Position numbers and translations under genes: made by a program. Below the pieces are notes generated by a model. It was given only the letters and a program-made list of their open reading frames with translations. It did no database searches and was not told the origin of the DNA. Source: Catajapyx aquilonaris (Eukaryota). Taken from it: DNA of 20,000 nucleotides. Location of the stretch: NCBI GenBank assembly GCA_000934665.2, contig KZ538391.1, forward strand, positions 55,731-75,730. The letters are read 5' to 3'. Positions 1 to 11,139 of the stretch are shown here, piece after piece. Position 1 is the first letter of the stretch. The number at the start of each line of letters is the position of its first letter.

Positions 1-59
1 AGGAACAAGGATTCTTCAGAAAATCAGGAACAAGGATTCCTCAGAAAATCAGGAACAAG
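1..59. repeat. Tandem repeat, 25-bp unit AGGAACAAGGATTCYTCAGAAAATC, ~2.4 copies visible, probably truncated by the window edge
   Basis: Units at 1-25 and 26-50 differ by one base (T/C). A partial third unit at 51-59 follows. There are no unique spacers. Confidence 0.9.
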
Positions 60-694
60 GCTCAATTTTGACATAGACTAAAATCCGGCATTTGTTTGGT
101 TTATTCGGGTACCAACAACGTTAATACCCGTATACCCTGCAATGAGCATGATGTCCTTGGACAAATGTGTGTATATGTGTGTGGGCAGCAGTAACCCGAA
201 CGTCGTCTGTGACCCAAATGAAACGAGCCCAAGAGGCATCCGAATGAGCGGATCTGAACTAACGAGGTTTCCGAGCACTCGTTAACCGGAATCTAAAGTG
301 GACACTGGTCAGTGTCCGGTTGCAAGGGAGGACCATGGACACCCCCAGTCCCAGGACAAGACGTGTCCGGTTTCGGGATGGGAATTTCACAGGAAACCTC
401 AATAAGTCACACCCTGTTATTGTCTCTTGCCTCATTCCGAAGTGTGCGAGTCCAATCAAGCTAAGGAGTCATGCAATTCCATCCTACAGCGACTGGTAAC
501 CTTGCCAACCGCATAATGAGTCGCAAAAATTAGCAATAAACTCGGCAATCCCAATTACCAAAATCTATGCATATAATTGACCTCGTGCGATTATTACCGA
601 AAATAGAAACCTCGAGATCTGCCAATGATTTTGATCGAAATATTAATATTTTGAACCACAGTCTTCATGGAACAAAACGACCGGGCCAATGCTC

Positions 695-775
695 TGCGAC
701 GTCACTTCCGGTAACTTCCTGCCTCCAAAATTACGACAGAGTGACGTCATAGCAGCCGGCTTACTTACGTGACCT
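695..775. promoter_or_regulatory. Cluster of CRE-like (GACGTCA, TGACGTCA) and ETS-like (ACTTCCGG, ACTTCCTG) motifs; possible promoter of a neighbouring transcript
   Basis: gcgacgtcacttccggtaacttcctg (697-721) and gtgacgtcat (741-750). Motif match only. Confidence 0.3.
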
Positions 776-952
776 GTAAACGAGCCCATAAACATTATGT
801 AGGGAACAGCTTGTTTTTTTGTACGCAGACGAACAAAAAAAAAACCTTCCCAAAAATTTATTTTTGTACAGAATAAAACTGGCAGTTTGGCAACGAGTAC
901 ATTAGCACACAAACAAAAAAAAAATCGCACTCCTTTCGCTATATAAATTATG

Positions 953-958
953 TTTATT
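953..958 (-). terminator. Candidate AATAAA polyadenylation signal of C2CD5 (a second AATAAA is at 862-857)
   Basis: TTTATT on the plus strand, 11 nt downstream of the TAA stop at 971-969. Confidence 0.5.
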
Positions 959-968
959 TCTTTGGCAC

Positions 969-3900
969 TTAGTCCTCGGAGTCATACGATACTTGAACCA
1001 CGTCGCCACCCACGTTGATCAGACACTGACCCTGAAAAGGAAACAGAAAAAAAGTCAGATATACGTTACTTTTTCCATGTACTTGTACGATGACCTTTTC
1101 GATGTTTTTTTTTTCTCATCAATGAAAGTCTTACAGAACGGCTCTGTCAGTCCGCCTGTCTGTGGACAGGTATCAGGGCTTAAACCGCAAGAGATGGCGA
1201 CAAACGGTTTTCGGATTCGGATTCAGCGCGACCAAAATAGGTTTCATGGTTTTCCGGGTTCACTATATCCGCCAAGGTCAATGAAAAAAAGTCTACTCGA
1301 ATCCCGCTCGCGTGATTTGCCAATCTTGTTGTGGAGTGGCAGATTGTGTTGCTGTCTTTTACCTGGTTCTTGTGCGGGTTGTGCAGCAGGACGCACTCAG
1401 ACATAAAGTATGCGACCATGGCGTTGCCTCCGAGGGCTGCCACGTGCGCTCTGACGATGGCCAGCACCTCAGTCACGAAGCTGTGCATGAACCCGCTTAA
1501 CCCTCCACCTTCCCTGATGCTGGTGCTCTCCCGGATGAAGAAGAAGTTCAGGTTCCCCACGTACCTCTTGATTCGACCTCCAGGCAGGTAGGTCAAAGGG
1601 GTTATGTCCACTCCAACCCGCTCTTTCGGCATGCTCTGAAGATGAGGTTCATTCATTAGGAAGAAGCCATATATAAGAAGACAACAAATGGAGAGAGAAA
1701 CGAAGAGGAAAAAAGAAGTCACCAACTGCATAGCCTCCTGAGACCCCTGGTACAGTATACTGTACCTTGGTTTTTTCCAGCACCTTCTGACTAACTCAAA
1801 CGCGTAAAAAAACCAAAAACAAAGGTACACTATACTGTACTCCGAGTCTCAGGAGGATAGGACTGGTACTCACATGGTATTTGACAGGGTCGTTCATCAG
1901 GCGTATATCAGGTACGATGCTGTCCTCATCTAGAGTGAAGATCATCTCAGGATCGTCCGATTTGCCCAATTTTGTCTTGTAGCGACCTGAGTCCGGAAGA
2001 GGTTCGCCTATTCCGATAGCCATCCCTGCATACAGCAAACCAACAATGTTCAACATGTTGCACCTGCGGATGATCTTTACTACGAGGCGAAGTGGCAGGA
2101 GTCGTGGTGGAGGCGGGGGCAGTTCAGAGAGGGCGTCCGAATCGCCGTGGAAAAGCCACAATAACATTCGTTGGTCTGCGGCTCCACAAAACGTACAGTA
2201 CTGGCCAATAATCGAGGCAACGACTAGCGACATTTTCCCGAAGCGGCAGAAGAAGGAATCGAAGATAAGCATGCTTCAAGCCGGGCGAGCATGATTCCTT
2301 CTTCTGCCGCTTCGGGAAAATGTCGCTAGTCGTTGCCTCGATTATTGCCCAGTACTGTACAGTAATTTTTTGCGAGTACTATAACTATACAGTGCGACAA
2401 TCTTTTTGCGTGTTATAGTACGAGGCATATACATACCCGCAATAATTATTACGCTAATGGACGGACCCTGCCTGGCGGGGCCACTTCGTCGCGTAGTAAA
2501 GATCAGCCGCGCCTACAGCTACAGTCAGAAGATATAAACACCTCACATGTCTTACCTAGAACGGACAGTTGTAGCTCATCCTGTTCTGGCAACTCGATGC
2601 GAAACTGCAGCTTGCTAAGCATCACAGGTGTCAATTTTCGCAGCTTGAAATACACTTTCTGCAAATAGAAAATGACTCGGAAATTTTTACTGAAATCTTT
2701 TAACTTTTCCAGCTGACCTTTTCCCCTCTCTGGAGATTTCCAGATATCAAAACTGGACCGGACGCAACAGTCCAGAAGGAGGACATGTCAAGTGCACGGA
2801 AAAATCATTCGCGACATGAGCAGAAAGCGATTCTCCATTTGTACCACGTACTATGTACTCTACTTCCTTGGAAGTCAATGGCCTCCATTTTTTTTTTTTA
2901 ACTCTCTTTTCGTTTCCTCCATCCCAGTCTTGTCTCTTCCTATCCGAGATCCAGGAACAAATCAAACGAGCGACGACAAATTGACGTGACGTCTCATTGC
3001 AGATGTAAGCTGCGAGCGTCTGACACACACAGAGGACCCTTGCTTAAAAATGTAATTAAATGCCAGCCAAAGGAACAGTTGTCATCGCCAATTAAGGTAG
3101 TGTTTTACACACAAAAAAAGTTATTGACTTCCAAGAAATAATTAAAACCGCTTCTGCCTGGTTCGTCACTTGACATTAGCAAGTGACAACAAAATTAGCT
3201 CCTATTTGTCAACAGTCACATAAATTTTCTCTTTTACAAACGTGCATAATGTATGTTATTACTCTGGAAAAGGCTGACGATTTCAAACCTACACATGAAA
3301 GTACGCAAACACTCGTTAAAATCAACAGCATTACCCGCAATGGGTAAGCAAAATCAGCCTACACCCACACTGCTGAAGCTGCTCTGTCAATCTGCAGAAT
3401 TCTTGACGTTAAATTCTGTTAACAGCACACCCTAATTGAGTTGATGTTAAGCCTGCAGTATAGTGATACCAAGAATCACAAAGCAGCATCGTTATGGCTC
3501 CGTAGCATGTCAGCTCAAGTATGGGAAAACAATATTGGAAAAGTAGAACGCTGTAATAAGAGTGGCCTCAGGGTTCCTCGCAATGACAGATAGTTTTTGC
3601 AAATGTTTTCTCTTGGTCATAATGCAACATTTAAAAAAATAAAATTTGGCCTGGATATGCATTCGGGACTGTTGGTCTCTCTGCACAATCTGTACAGTGC
3701 CCAGAGGGGGATAACAGGACAACGGTAGTACAGTGCAGTAATTGCATGGGGGAACAGGCAATTCTTCGCTTGGGGTTTAATGACCACAAAGCACTCGCAT
3801 CTGTGCATCAGCAAATGGACTGGCACAAAGTTAAGCTTATCTGGTCAGCAACTAAAAAGTTGCACCATCCGGGATGGATAGAACAAGGCTTGAACATAAT

Positions 3901-6900
3901 CTGTATCAGTAAGGAAATAAACGCCATGTACGGTTTTTTTCAGGTGCCAATAAAGGCGTACTGAGAAGTCAAATGAAGGGCATAAAACCAATCCTGCTTT
4001 TTGTCACGATGACAGACAGCTTCTTATGTTTGTATGAGATATCATGCGTTAATCTACCAAATGCCATTGATCTTGGTATAGTACATGTAGAGAATGAGCC
4101 AGGGACATCTTGTGATTCTCAGAGCAAGTTCTTTTCTCGGCAACAAAAATTACTTATTCATCGCAGTTACCATTCACAAATGAAAACCACGCAAATGTGC
4201 TGTTCATCTTCTCATTAAAATCATGCAGATTTACAATATGCATGAATTACATTCAGATTTTACATTTAATTTAAGTGTCACTGCCCCATTGCAACGTTAT
4301 TATCTGGAAAAATATATACTTTAGCGATTAAAATCTGAATATTTCTTATGCCTTATCGAGCGCTTTAAACCATTTTCATGTATTTCTTTGATCCAAGATA
4401 GTCTTGTCTTAAAGTGACCACTACAATACATGCTGGAGCAATGCATCATTCTGTTCGTCTGCCAGTTACCATCCACACCCCATGTGACACTCAAGATCTC
4501 CGTGGATTGAATTTACAGTGCAGAAGCGCTCATTAAATTACAGGGCTTGAAAATGAATGGTCTGTCATCCGTCAGCAGCTAATACTGTACAGTACATTTG
4601 GCTTGTTTTCCCCCAGCACATGTGGACCATTAATAAATTGATTTCCCAGATATAATGCAAAATGGTGAACGTAATGAGTTGCTTTGTTAGCAACAGGCCT
4701 AAACATTCAGATCACTGGAAACAATGGGCACAATAGGAGGCATTACCTGCATGAGCCATGAGAACTGCCTGGAGAACTGAACTGGCGGTGCGTTGGCTGG
4801 AATTCTACCCCTCCACACCTGCGTGAATAGCTGCAGATTCCTGGCCAGACGAGACGGATCGACTCCGGATGGAACTTCGGTTGCCTGCACACCCAAAAAC
4901 CCAGAAGGGGGCTGGATGGGTGGGTCCTGCAGCAGTTGCAGTGCCCCCCACTCACGCTCTTCCTCTCCCCACAGCCCTTCTCCCCACTCCCCTCCCTCGG
5001 ACCCACCTACAAGCCCTCCCATTTTTCCTTCTCCGTCTCCCACCTCTAGGACATAAGCGCCTCTATTCCCTACCCCCAAGTCTAACTGAGGAAGTCCTTC
5101 ACCAGTGGACTCCTCTCCCGCACTTTCTTCAGTGTCCGAGGACACCACGTCGGACTTCAGCTGTGTGATGACGTCGTTGGCCTGCCTACATCTAATTGCT
5201 AGGTCATGTAACCGCCGCTGCAGATCCACTATCTTAGACGACGGGGCAGGACCTACGTACGCAACACCTTCATCCGCCAGCCGTGGAAGAGCAGGCCCTG
5301 GCAGTGAAGCCAACCTCACCCCAGTGCCTGTAGCCACACCAACTATGGCCCGCTCTCCCAACGCCACCTGGACTGTGAGTCCAAACAGAGCGTTCATTCC
5401 CAGGAGTCGGAGCTTGTCCTGCAGTCTTCGATGTAATTCGTACTCCAGAAAAGGGAGTGAGTCTGAAACCTCCTTGGCCATGCTCTCCCCGCCTCCACGT
5501 CCTTCCTTCTTCTGCCTGCACACCTGAGCCTGCACCAGTGTTCCACGGCCAATCACGGGAAGGTCGGGAGTGGGCTCGACTGTTGCCAAAAGTACATCTG
5601 GCACATACCCCTTCCGGCATACGCCACATCGAGACATGGACACTGGAATGGGGGCGCTGGACTGGCTGTAGGGAACATGGCTCGGGAGACACGGACGGGC
5701 CCTTGGGTGTGGGCGGGATCGGGTCCCTGAGGTGGACACCACGGCTGCTGTTCCACACGCACTCAACACACACACATCCTCACATATGCTGGTATGCTCT
5801 GTGTATCCGAGGACAACGTTGCAACACAGGGCACGGGCATGGGAGCGAATCTCCATCCGCAGTTCAGTCCACCACTGGTCGCGAGACTCTGGCTCCTCCA
5901 GATTGCTGATCCGCTCCAGCAGCTTCACCGAACGGGTGCTCACAGTGCCGCCTACAAACATGCAAGATTTTAAAGTCCGACCATCCAGGTGTAAAGCCAT
6001 GTTTACATGTGAGCAATTTGATCGGCAATTTCGCAACATCGCTGCCCCAAACAATTGGTCTCATGGCTGCAACATAGCTGATTAAATTGCTCACACGTAA
6101 ACTTGTGAAATGATTACTTACCAATATGTAGAATGAATCCAGGAGGAAACTTGGTGATGGTCAGAAAGGGATACTCCAGCAGCAAGTCCATATTTTCTTT
6201 CCGTAAATACCTCGGGTATGAGCCGCCAGAACCGGTGCCACCTGCTGTAGTACTACTTGTAACGCTGGTTCCACTAGGTACCTGAAAGCTGGATCCTGCT
6301 GACCCTCCGCTGCCTGCAAGGCTTGTGACTGCTTCAAGAGGACCAAGCATTAGCTACGGGTACAGTTGAAAGGTGTTAGGATCTTACCCTTTGGCGTGGA
6401 TGCAAGGTCTGATTCGGAAGCCCTCCTGTGCATACATGGTACGTCCGCACTGCCCTTTGCTTCTTCCGATTGGTTCACAGGCGTGGCGGCTGAAGGAGGC
6501 GTGGCTGCGACAGTCGGCTGGGCAACAGGTGGCGGAGGTGACCTATCAGGCAAGTCGTTTTGATTGGGGAAGAAGGGCTTGGATAAGGTAACGGGATCGA
6601 GATATGTGTAGGCAGGGTTAGTGTAGCCCAGCTGACACTGGTAGTTATTAAAGTATGCACCCTTACAGGCTGGGGTTGAGTAGGACCGTCTAATGTGGGT
6701 CAATGCAGAGGGATCGGAGGAAGCCCTGTTGGTGTAACAGCCGTCAATCGACTGGAGGTTAGAGTAGGAAGGCTTAGTGCTGTCGGGTTGGGGAAGCGAC
6801 CACGCTTTACTCCGCTTCCTCAGATCCAAGCTCGAATCAGATCGCAACAGACTGAGGAAACGAGAGAATGGCCCTTGTTTGTAAGCAGGTTCGGATGCAG

Positions 6901-9665
6901 GGCAGGCAGGATCGTAATATGCTAGGCTTGAGTAGGCAATGTTATGTGGATTCATATCGATTGAGATGGGTGTAGTGCCGGCAGTGGGTTGTGGGAGCGA
7001 CCATGCTTTCTCCCGCTTCCTCAGCTCCAGATTCGACTCGGATCTGAACAAACTGATCTTGCTGAGGACGCGGCCAAGTCGGCCCCATTTGGGCGTGGCC
7101 TCCAGTCCAGGAGTGGTGCCAACGTCAGACCGAACCCTCCTCAGCAGGTTTTTCTTTGAGAAACGGTCTGCTCTTCCCGAATCATACCGGAAGAGATGTG
7201 CTATTGGGGAAGGTGGGGTCGGAGGGGTCACGCTGAGCTGGGGTAGTAAGACAACAGGGTGGCCGACTCCTAAATCACTATTGTTAGGCAAATAATTATT
7301 ACACACAATATCACAAGTAGATTGGGAAATGACGGGAATCATGGACAGAGTTTGCGTGTATTGTGTGTGGGTGGGCGAGTGAAACAGAGAAGAACTTGTA
7401 ACATACAGTGCGTGTGGGCTCATGTGACGATTGACTGTACAGTGAAACCTGCTAACAGTCCCTGCCATGGTAAAATTTTTGGGCGCCCACTGCGAGATAG
7501 GATTTCCTACAAATTTTTGTTACATGTAAACAATAATTGCTCTGTTATGTAACATAAGTGCAATGTTGTACTACAGAAAAATATTTCCACCATTTATGCA
7601 GGTTTCACTGTAATGCAAGAAAATACGCAACACGTGGTGTCAAAATTAAAAACTCTACTACTCATGCATGTCTACAGATTTACCTGTCCCACTTGGGCAC
7701 TCCTAACATCTTCGCTTGTGCCTGGTACAGTGCTTGGTTATTAACAGTGCCTTTCCGAACTATCAACCAATGCATTGTGAGAGAGCACATCAAAAGCAAA
7801 TATGGTCCACACCAAAAAAGCCAATCCGCTCACCATAAAAACTGACACTTGACACCGAAAAAAAAACTAACGACATACAAACAACAAAAGAATGTGACAC
7901 TAACTCTTGTGAGGAGTGTCCTTCTGCCGTTGGGGAGTGGGCCACCCTCACGGAAACACTCATTGGGTTATCTCGCCCCTGGGCCATCAGGAGGGATGTT
8001 CCGCCTGGAGGGTGGGGGTGCTTCCTGACCAGGGTCACAGCAGTGCCGATGCCCCTCACGACTATGCCTGATTCACCTTCCAGGTCAAAGCAAAGCTGGT
8101 AACTGCAACAATGCAACACACACTTTACGTAACAGAAACTTATAAACTTTTAAACAGTACGTTGCAAAGTAGAGCCGCTGATTCAACAACGCAATACGAA
8201 AACCTATGCAAGTTCCTTATTGCTATGTCAAGTAAACTTAATAATGGCGCAATAAAAACTTTCTAGAAATTAAACGAAGACTGCGGAAATACATCTTTGC
8301 ATAATGTCCGCTTAGGAAAGGTCAGTACCTAATCTTCATTTATGGCCGATAGCAAAGTTCTTTTTCCTCAAAGTCAACTGATATCTGCCCTCTGATGTCA
8401 TTAAGATTAACTCATTTTAAACACGTCTGATGACACAAAAACATAATGCATAAGCATTTAAAATAAATCATGATGTCACATTTCTCGGAATCTGGCAATA
8501 AATTAACCGTTTCTTATATCCTTCTAGCTATTAGTTAACGCAATATTTGATGGCATATAAGACGCACTTTTCTCCCTAAAAAGTTGCTCAATAAATCGCC
8601 ATAATATGTCATACATCGTCGGTGATCATGCAAAACCTCGTATCTCCTGCAAAAACCAATGGAACATACGAGGTTTTGCACGATCACCGACGGTGCGAAA
8701 ATGGAATAAAGCTTTTTTTCCTGAACATGACCTACTGAAATGCGGGTGCATCTTATACGCTGTCAAAAATGCGGTATATTGTTATTGACTGTGCTTGCCC
8801 AATACCAACCCAATAACAGCGTTTCCTCCTAGTTCGATGGCTTTCAGTCCAATCTTCCTCTGGACCTCTCCTGATAGCTTGGAAAACAGGGTCTGTCGAG
8901 CCTCATTGGATGCCCTTGGAGTGCGGATCTTATCAATCCACTGGTACTCTGGATCGTCGTTCACCACCAGTTCCTCCACAAACCCATGAATCGACTGAGC
9001 CACATGACCCTCAGGAATGGCCGGGGCTGTTGACGAACATAAGCGTAATTAAACGAAAGTGAGCAGAAAATGTGAATGAACTTACTGCAGAAGAAGTGCA
9101 CTCCGCAGGAACTCTGACGAAACTTGTTGAGGTCGGAAAACAGCTCGACTTTGACGACGACTTGAACTTCTCCTCGGATTCCATGCATTGTGTCGAAAAC
9201 TGGAATCCAGCCAGATATCAACGCTGGATGAGGTCTGCCGTGGTGAGTCTCTGTTCCGATTTGACCTGGTGGTTTCGCTCCAATCGGACCGATTGGCCCT
9301 ATTGGAGTTGGAATATTCCCTGACACTGGATCTTCTCCCACAGGCCAGTATCCGATCCCGCCACACGAGCTCAACAAGAGGGGATTGAGGTCCAGGTACA
9401 CTTTTCCAATCGCATCGTTGGCAGAGTAGGTGTCATGGTCCATCAACCTGATCTGCAAAGGCTCATCCTGGAGTTCCAGGTCATCCACCTCAAATCGGAA
9501 CCACTCCGAGTTCCAGTGTGGGTTAAGAGACTTACGACAGACATCAGTTTTGAAGGTGGTTCCACCCAGTTTCACCTCCACATAAGCATCGGTGGTGTCG
9601 TTTGAACGATCCATCACTGGCAGGTTACGACCTGACAGGATGCGCACCTTCACCTTGCCCGGCAT
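969..9665 (-). CDS. C2CD5: C2 domain-containing protein 5 (C2CD5/CDP138/KIAA0528 orthologue). Exons: 9665-9086, 9026-8810, 8102-7905, 7277-6388 (or short form 6542-6388), 6328-6122, 5951-4747, 2658-2556, 2025-1874, [possible microexon 1786-1766], 1635-1363, 1031-969. About 1050 aa (short) or 1295 aa (long), +7 aa with the microexon.
   Basis: N-terminus MPGKVKVRILSGRNLPVMDRSNDTTDAYVEVK (C2 domain). Family blocks recognised: IHGFVEELVVNDDPEYQWIDKIRTPRASNEARQ, GGNAVIGYQLCFDLEGESGIVVRGIGTA, GGTVSTRSVKLL..RDQWWTELRMEIRSHA, LPFLEYELHRRL, YFKLR, GNLNFFFIRESTSIREGGG, and C-terminal NQGQCLINVGGD..SED*. All introns are GT-AG with matching phases, and the exon lengths sum to a multiple of 3. Confidence 0.95.
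2066..2510. mobile_element. Older non-autonomous TIR element (~445 bp) in a C2CD5 intron; host of a nested MITE
   Basis: Left end gcggatgatctttactacgaggcgaagtggc (2066-2096) is an imperfect match to the reverse complement of 2480-2510 (gcggctgatctttactacgcgacgaagtggc). Confidence 0.65.
2196..2357. mobile_element. 162-bp fold-back MITE, Tc1/mariner-like (CAGT...ACTG ends, TA on both sides)
   Basis: 65-bp arms (2196-2260 and 2293-2357) are reverse-complementary with one mismatch. The spacer is 32 bp. TA flanks lie at 2194-2195 and 2358-2359. Confidence 0.85.
5992..6105. mobile_element. Degenerate PIF/Harbinger-like MITE, copy 1 (C2CD5 intron 6121-5952)
   Basis: taaAGCCATGTTTACATGTGAGCAATTTGATC...GATTAAATTGCTCACACGTAAAC forms an inverted repeat. 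It shares internal GCAACATCGCTG and CCCCAAACAAT(T/C)GGTCTCAT with the other copies. Confidence 0.7.
8536..8776. mobile_element. Tc1/mariner/pogo-type MITE with an internal hairpin (C2CD5 intron)
   Basis: Left taacgcaatatttgatggcatataagacgcac resembles the reverse complement of the right end (taccgcatttttgacagcgtataagatgcac). An internal ~30-bp inverted repeat lies at 8614-8643 / 8666-8695. Confidence 0.7.
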
Positions 9666-9939
9666 TTTTAATGAGTTTTGGGCTCTTCACATTACACAGG
9701 TGGAAATGGATGGAGAAATGCGCCTTAAATGGACACGATGGCTACAAATTTGATAATTTCAATTATCTCAGTAAATGCACCATTGAAGGGAGTAAATACG
9801 GACCAGCCGACACAGAAGATAGTCACACTTCAATGCGATTAAAGCAAGAGGTTTCTAATTTATAAATGCAACAAGCACAGGAAATTTGGACAACGACAAC
9901 ACATTGTCCTCAAATGGCACGGATGAAGGTGTGGGCGCT

Positions 9940-11046
9940 CTAAACATCGACGAGGACTGAATCCTGTTCGTAGGTCATGTCCATGTCCAGCTCTTCCTCT
10001 TCTTCTTCCTCGTGGCTCTCACTCTCTTCGTCGTCTTGATCCTCTTCTTCTTCCTCCTCCTCCTCCTCTTCCAAGTGCTGGAAACCGGACAGAAAAAATA
10101 TCAGGCAACTCTCATATTGTTTTTAGGCAATAAAGCTGTGTTGACATGTGAGAGATTTGAAATGGCGACGTTGCAGCGATGAGACCGATTGTTTGGGGCG
10201 AAAATATATTGTTACCACGATTTGCTCTGTGATGGCATTGCTGCAACATCGCTGATCAAATCGCTCACATGTAAATGGGGTTTAAGTAGAAACAAGCGAT
10301 ATTCAACGATAGGGTACTTTCACACTTTACGTGCTCAACAAATTCATGCTGAAATTACGATGCCTGGGTGTATTTAATTGATGTCAATATCATACCTCGG
10401 CAGCAGTCTTTCCGATGGGAGCCAGGTCGAAATCCTTCTGCGAAATGCTATTTAGCTGCAATATAAAAGTAGCAATTAGCGAACGTGTCACGAACTAGTG
10501 TACGGATGACACGAACCAACCGAAAAAGTTGGTCTGATTATACCAGAGGGTAACGTTTCCGCCTGCAATAATTTCGAACGAAACGACGGTAGGTAATCAA
10601 TAGAATGTAAACAGGGGAGAGTAAACATGCTCATTGCAGGGAGTAAGTTTGCACTGGCCGGACTCATGCAGACTAAATGCAGGTGCATTGCGCATAAAAA
10701 TTGCTAATTACTATTTCACAACCTTTTCTTTCTTTTTTTAATTTTTTGGTTGGCTCATGTCCAGGGCAGGACTCGAGCCAATTTGTGCTCATTATGCCAC
10801 AACATATTCGTGGCTCTAATTAAGCGCAATTAACCCTAATTATGTGACCTCCCAAGTCAAGTGATTGACCCCACTTTGGAATTATTTTGTGACCTGACTG
10901 ACCCCCCAAAAACTGACCCACGCCTGGTGCTCCTGTTCCAGTTGCAGCAGCTCGTTCTCGTCGTCGCAGGGTCGGTCCACCTTGAACCAGGCAGGGTCCG
11001 ACACCAGTGGAAACAGAGATGGAAAAACAGAAGGAAGAGAAGACAT
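9940..11046 (-). CDS. ANAPC15: Anaphase-promoting complex subunit 15. Exons 11046-10918, 10455-10396, 10077-9940; 108 aa.
   Basis: Spliced protein MSSLPSVFPSLFPLVSDPAWFKVDRPCDDENELLQLEQEHQAW|LNSISQKDFDLAPIGKTAAE|HLEEEEEEEEEEDQDDEESESHEEEEEEELDMDMTYEQDSVLVDV*. It matches the APC15 signature FPSLFP..WF..DRPC..E.EL...EQ.HQAWL.SI..KD..L.PIGK plus an acidic tail. Both introns are phase-0 GT-AG. Confidence 0.93.
10131..10285. mobile_element. PIF/Harbinger-like MITE, copy 2 (ANAPC15 intron 2)
   Basis: taaAGCTGTGTTGACATGTGAGAGATTTGA...TGATCAAATCGCTCACATGTAAATGGGGTTtaa shows TIRs with TAA on both sides. Confidence 0.75.
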
Positions 11047-11139
11047 CTTTTTCCTTTTTCCTTTTCGTTCGATTTCCAGGTCGGTTCGATCGTTCCTTCT
11101 GACATATTTGGTGGGGAACGGACAATTTCTTCCTTCACA

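Noticed and set aside
1..59. Repeat array resembling CRISPR
   Set aside because: The units are contiguous with no unique spacers, and the context is eukaryotic. It is a simple minisatellite.
135..150. 16-bp inverted match with 10626-10641 (CATGCTCATTGCAGGG)
   Set aside because: It does not extend on either side, and a single match of this length in 20 kb is compatible with chance.
2026..2294. ORFs 1796-2272(-) and 2046-2294(+) extending through the hairpin
   Set aside because: Only 2025-1874 is a phase-consistent C2CD5 exon. The rest runs through intronic MITE sequence.
2747..4218. Nested gene in the 2.1-kb C2CD5 intron (several 60-90 aa ORFs)
   Set aside because: No consistent exon chain or recognisable protein on either strand.
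4321..4510. Minus-strand frame containing MYCSGHF, resembling the THAP C-S-x-H-F motif
   Set aside because: No N-terminal C-x2-4-C, no conserved P/W spacing and no adjoining transposase sequence. Too short to support.
4743..6085. Many 90-170 aa alternative-frame and antisense ORFs over the large C2CD5 exon (also 6366-7295 and 1312-1591)
   Set aside because: These are shadows of GC-rich coding exons, with no independent motifs or splice structure.
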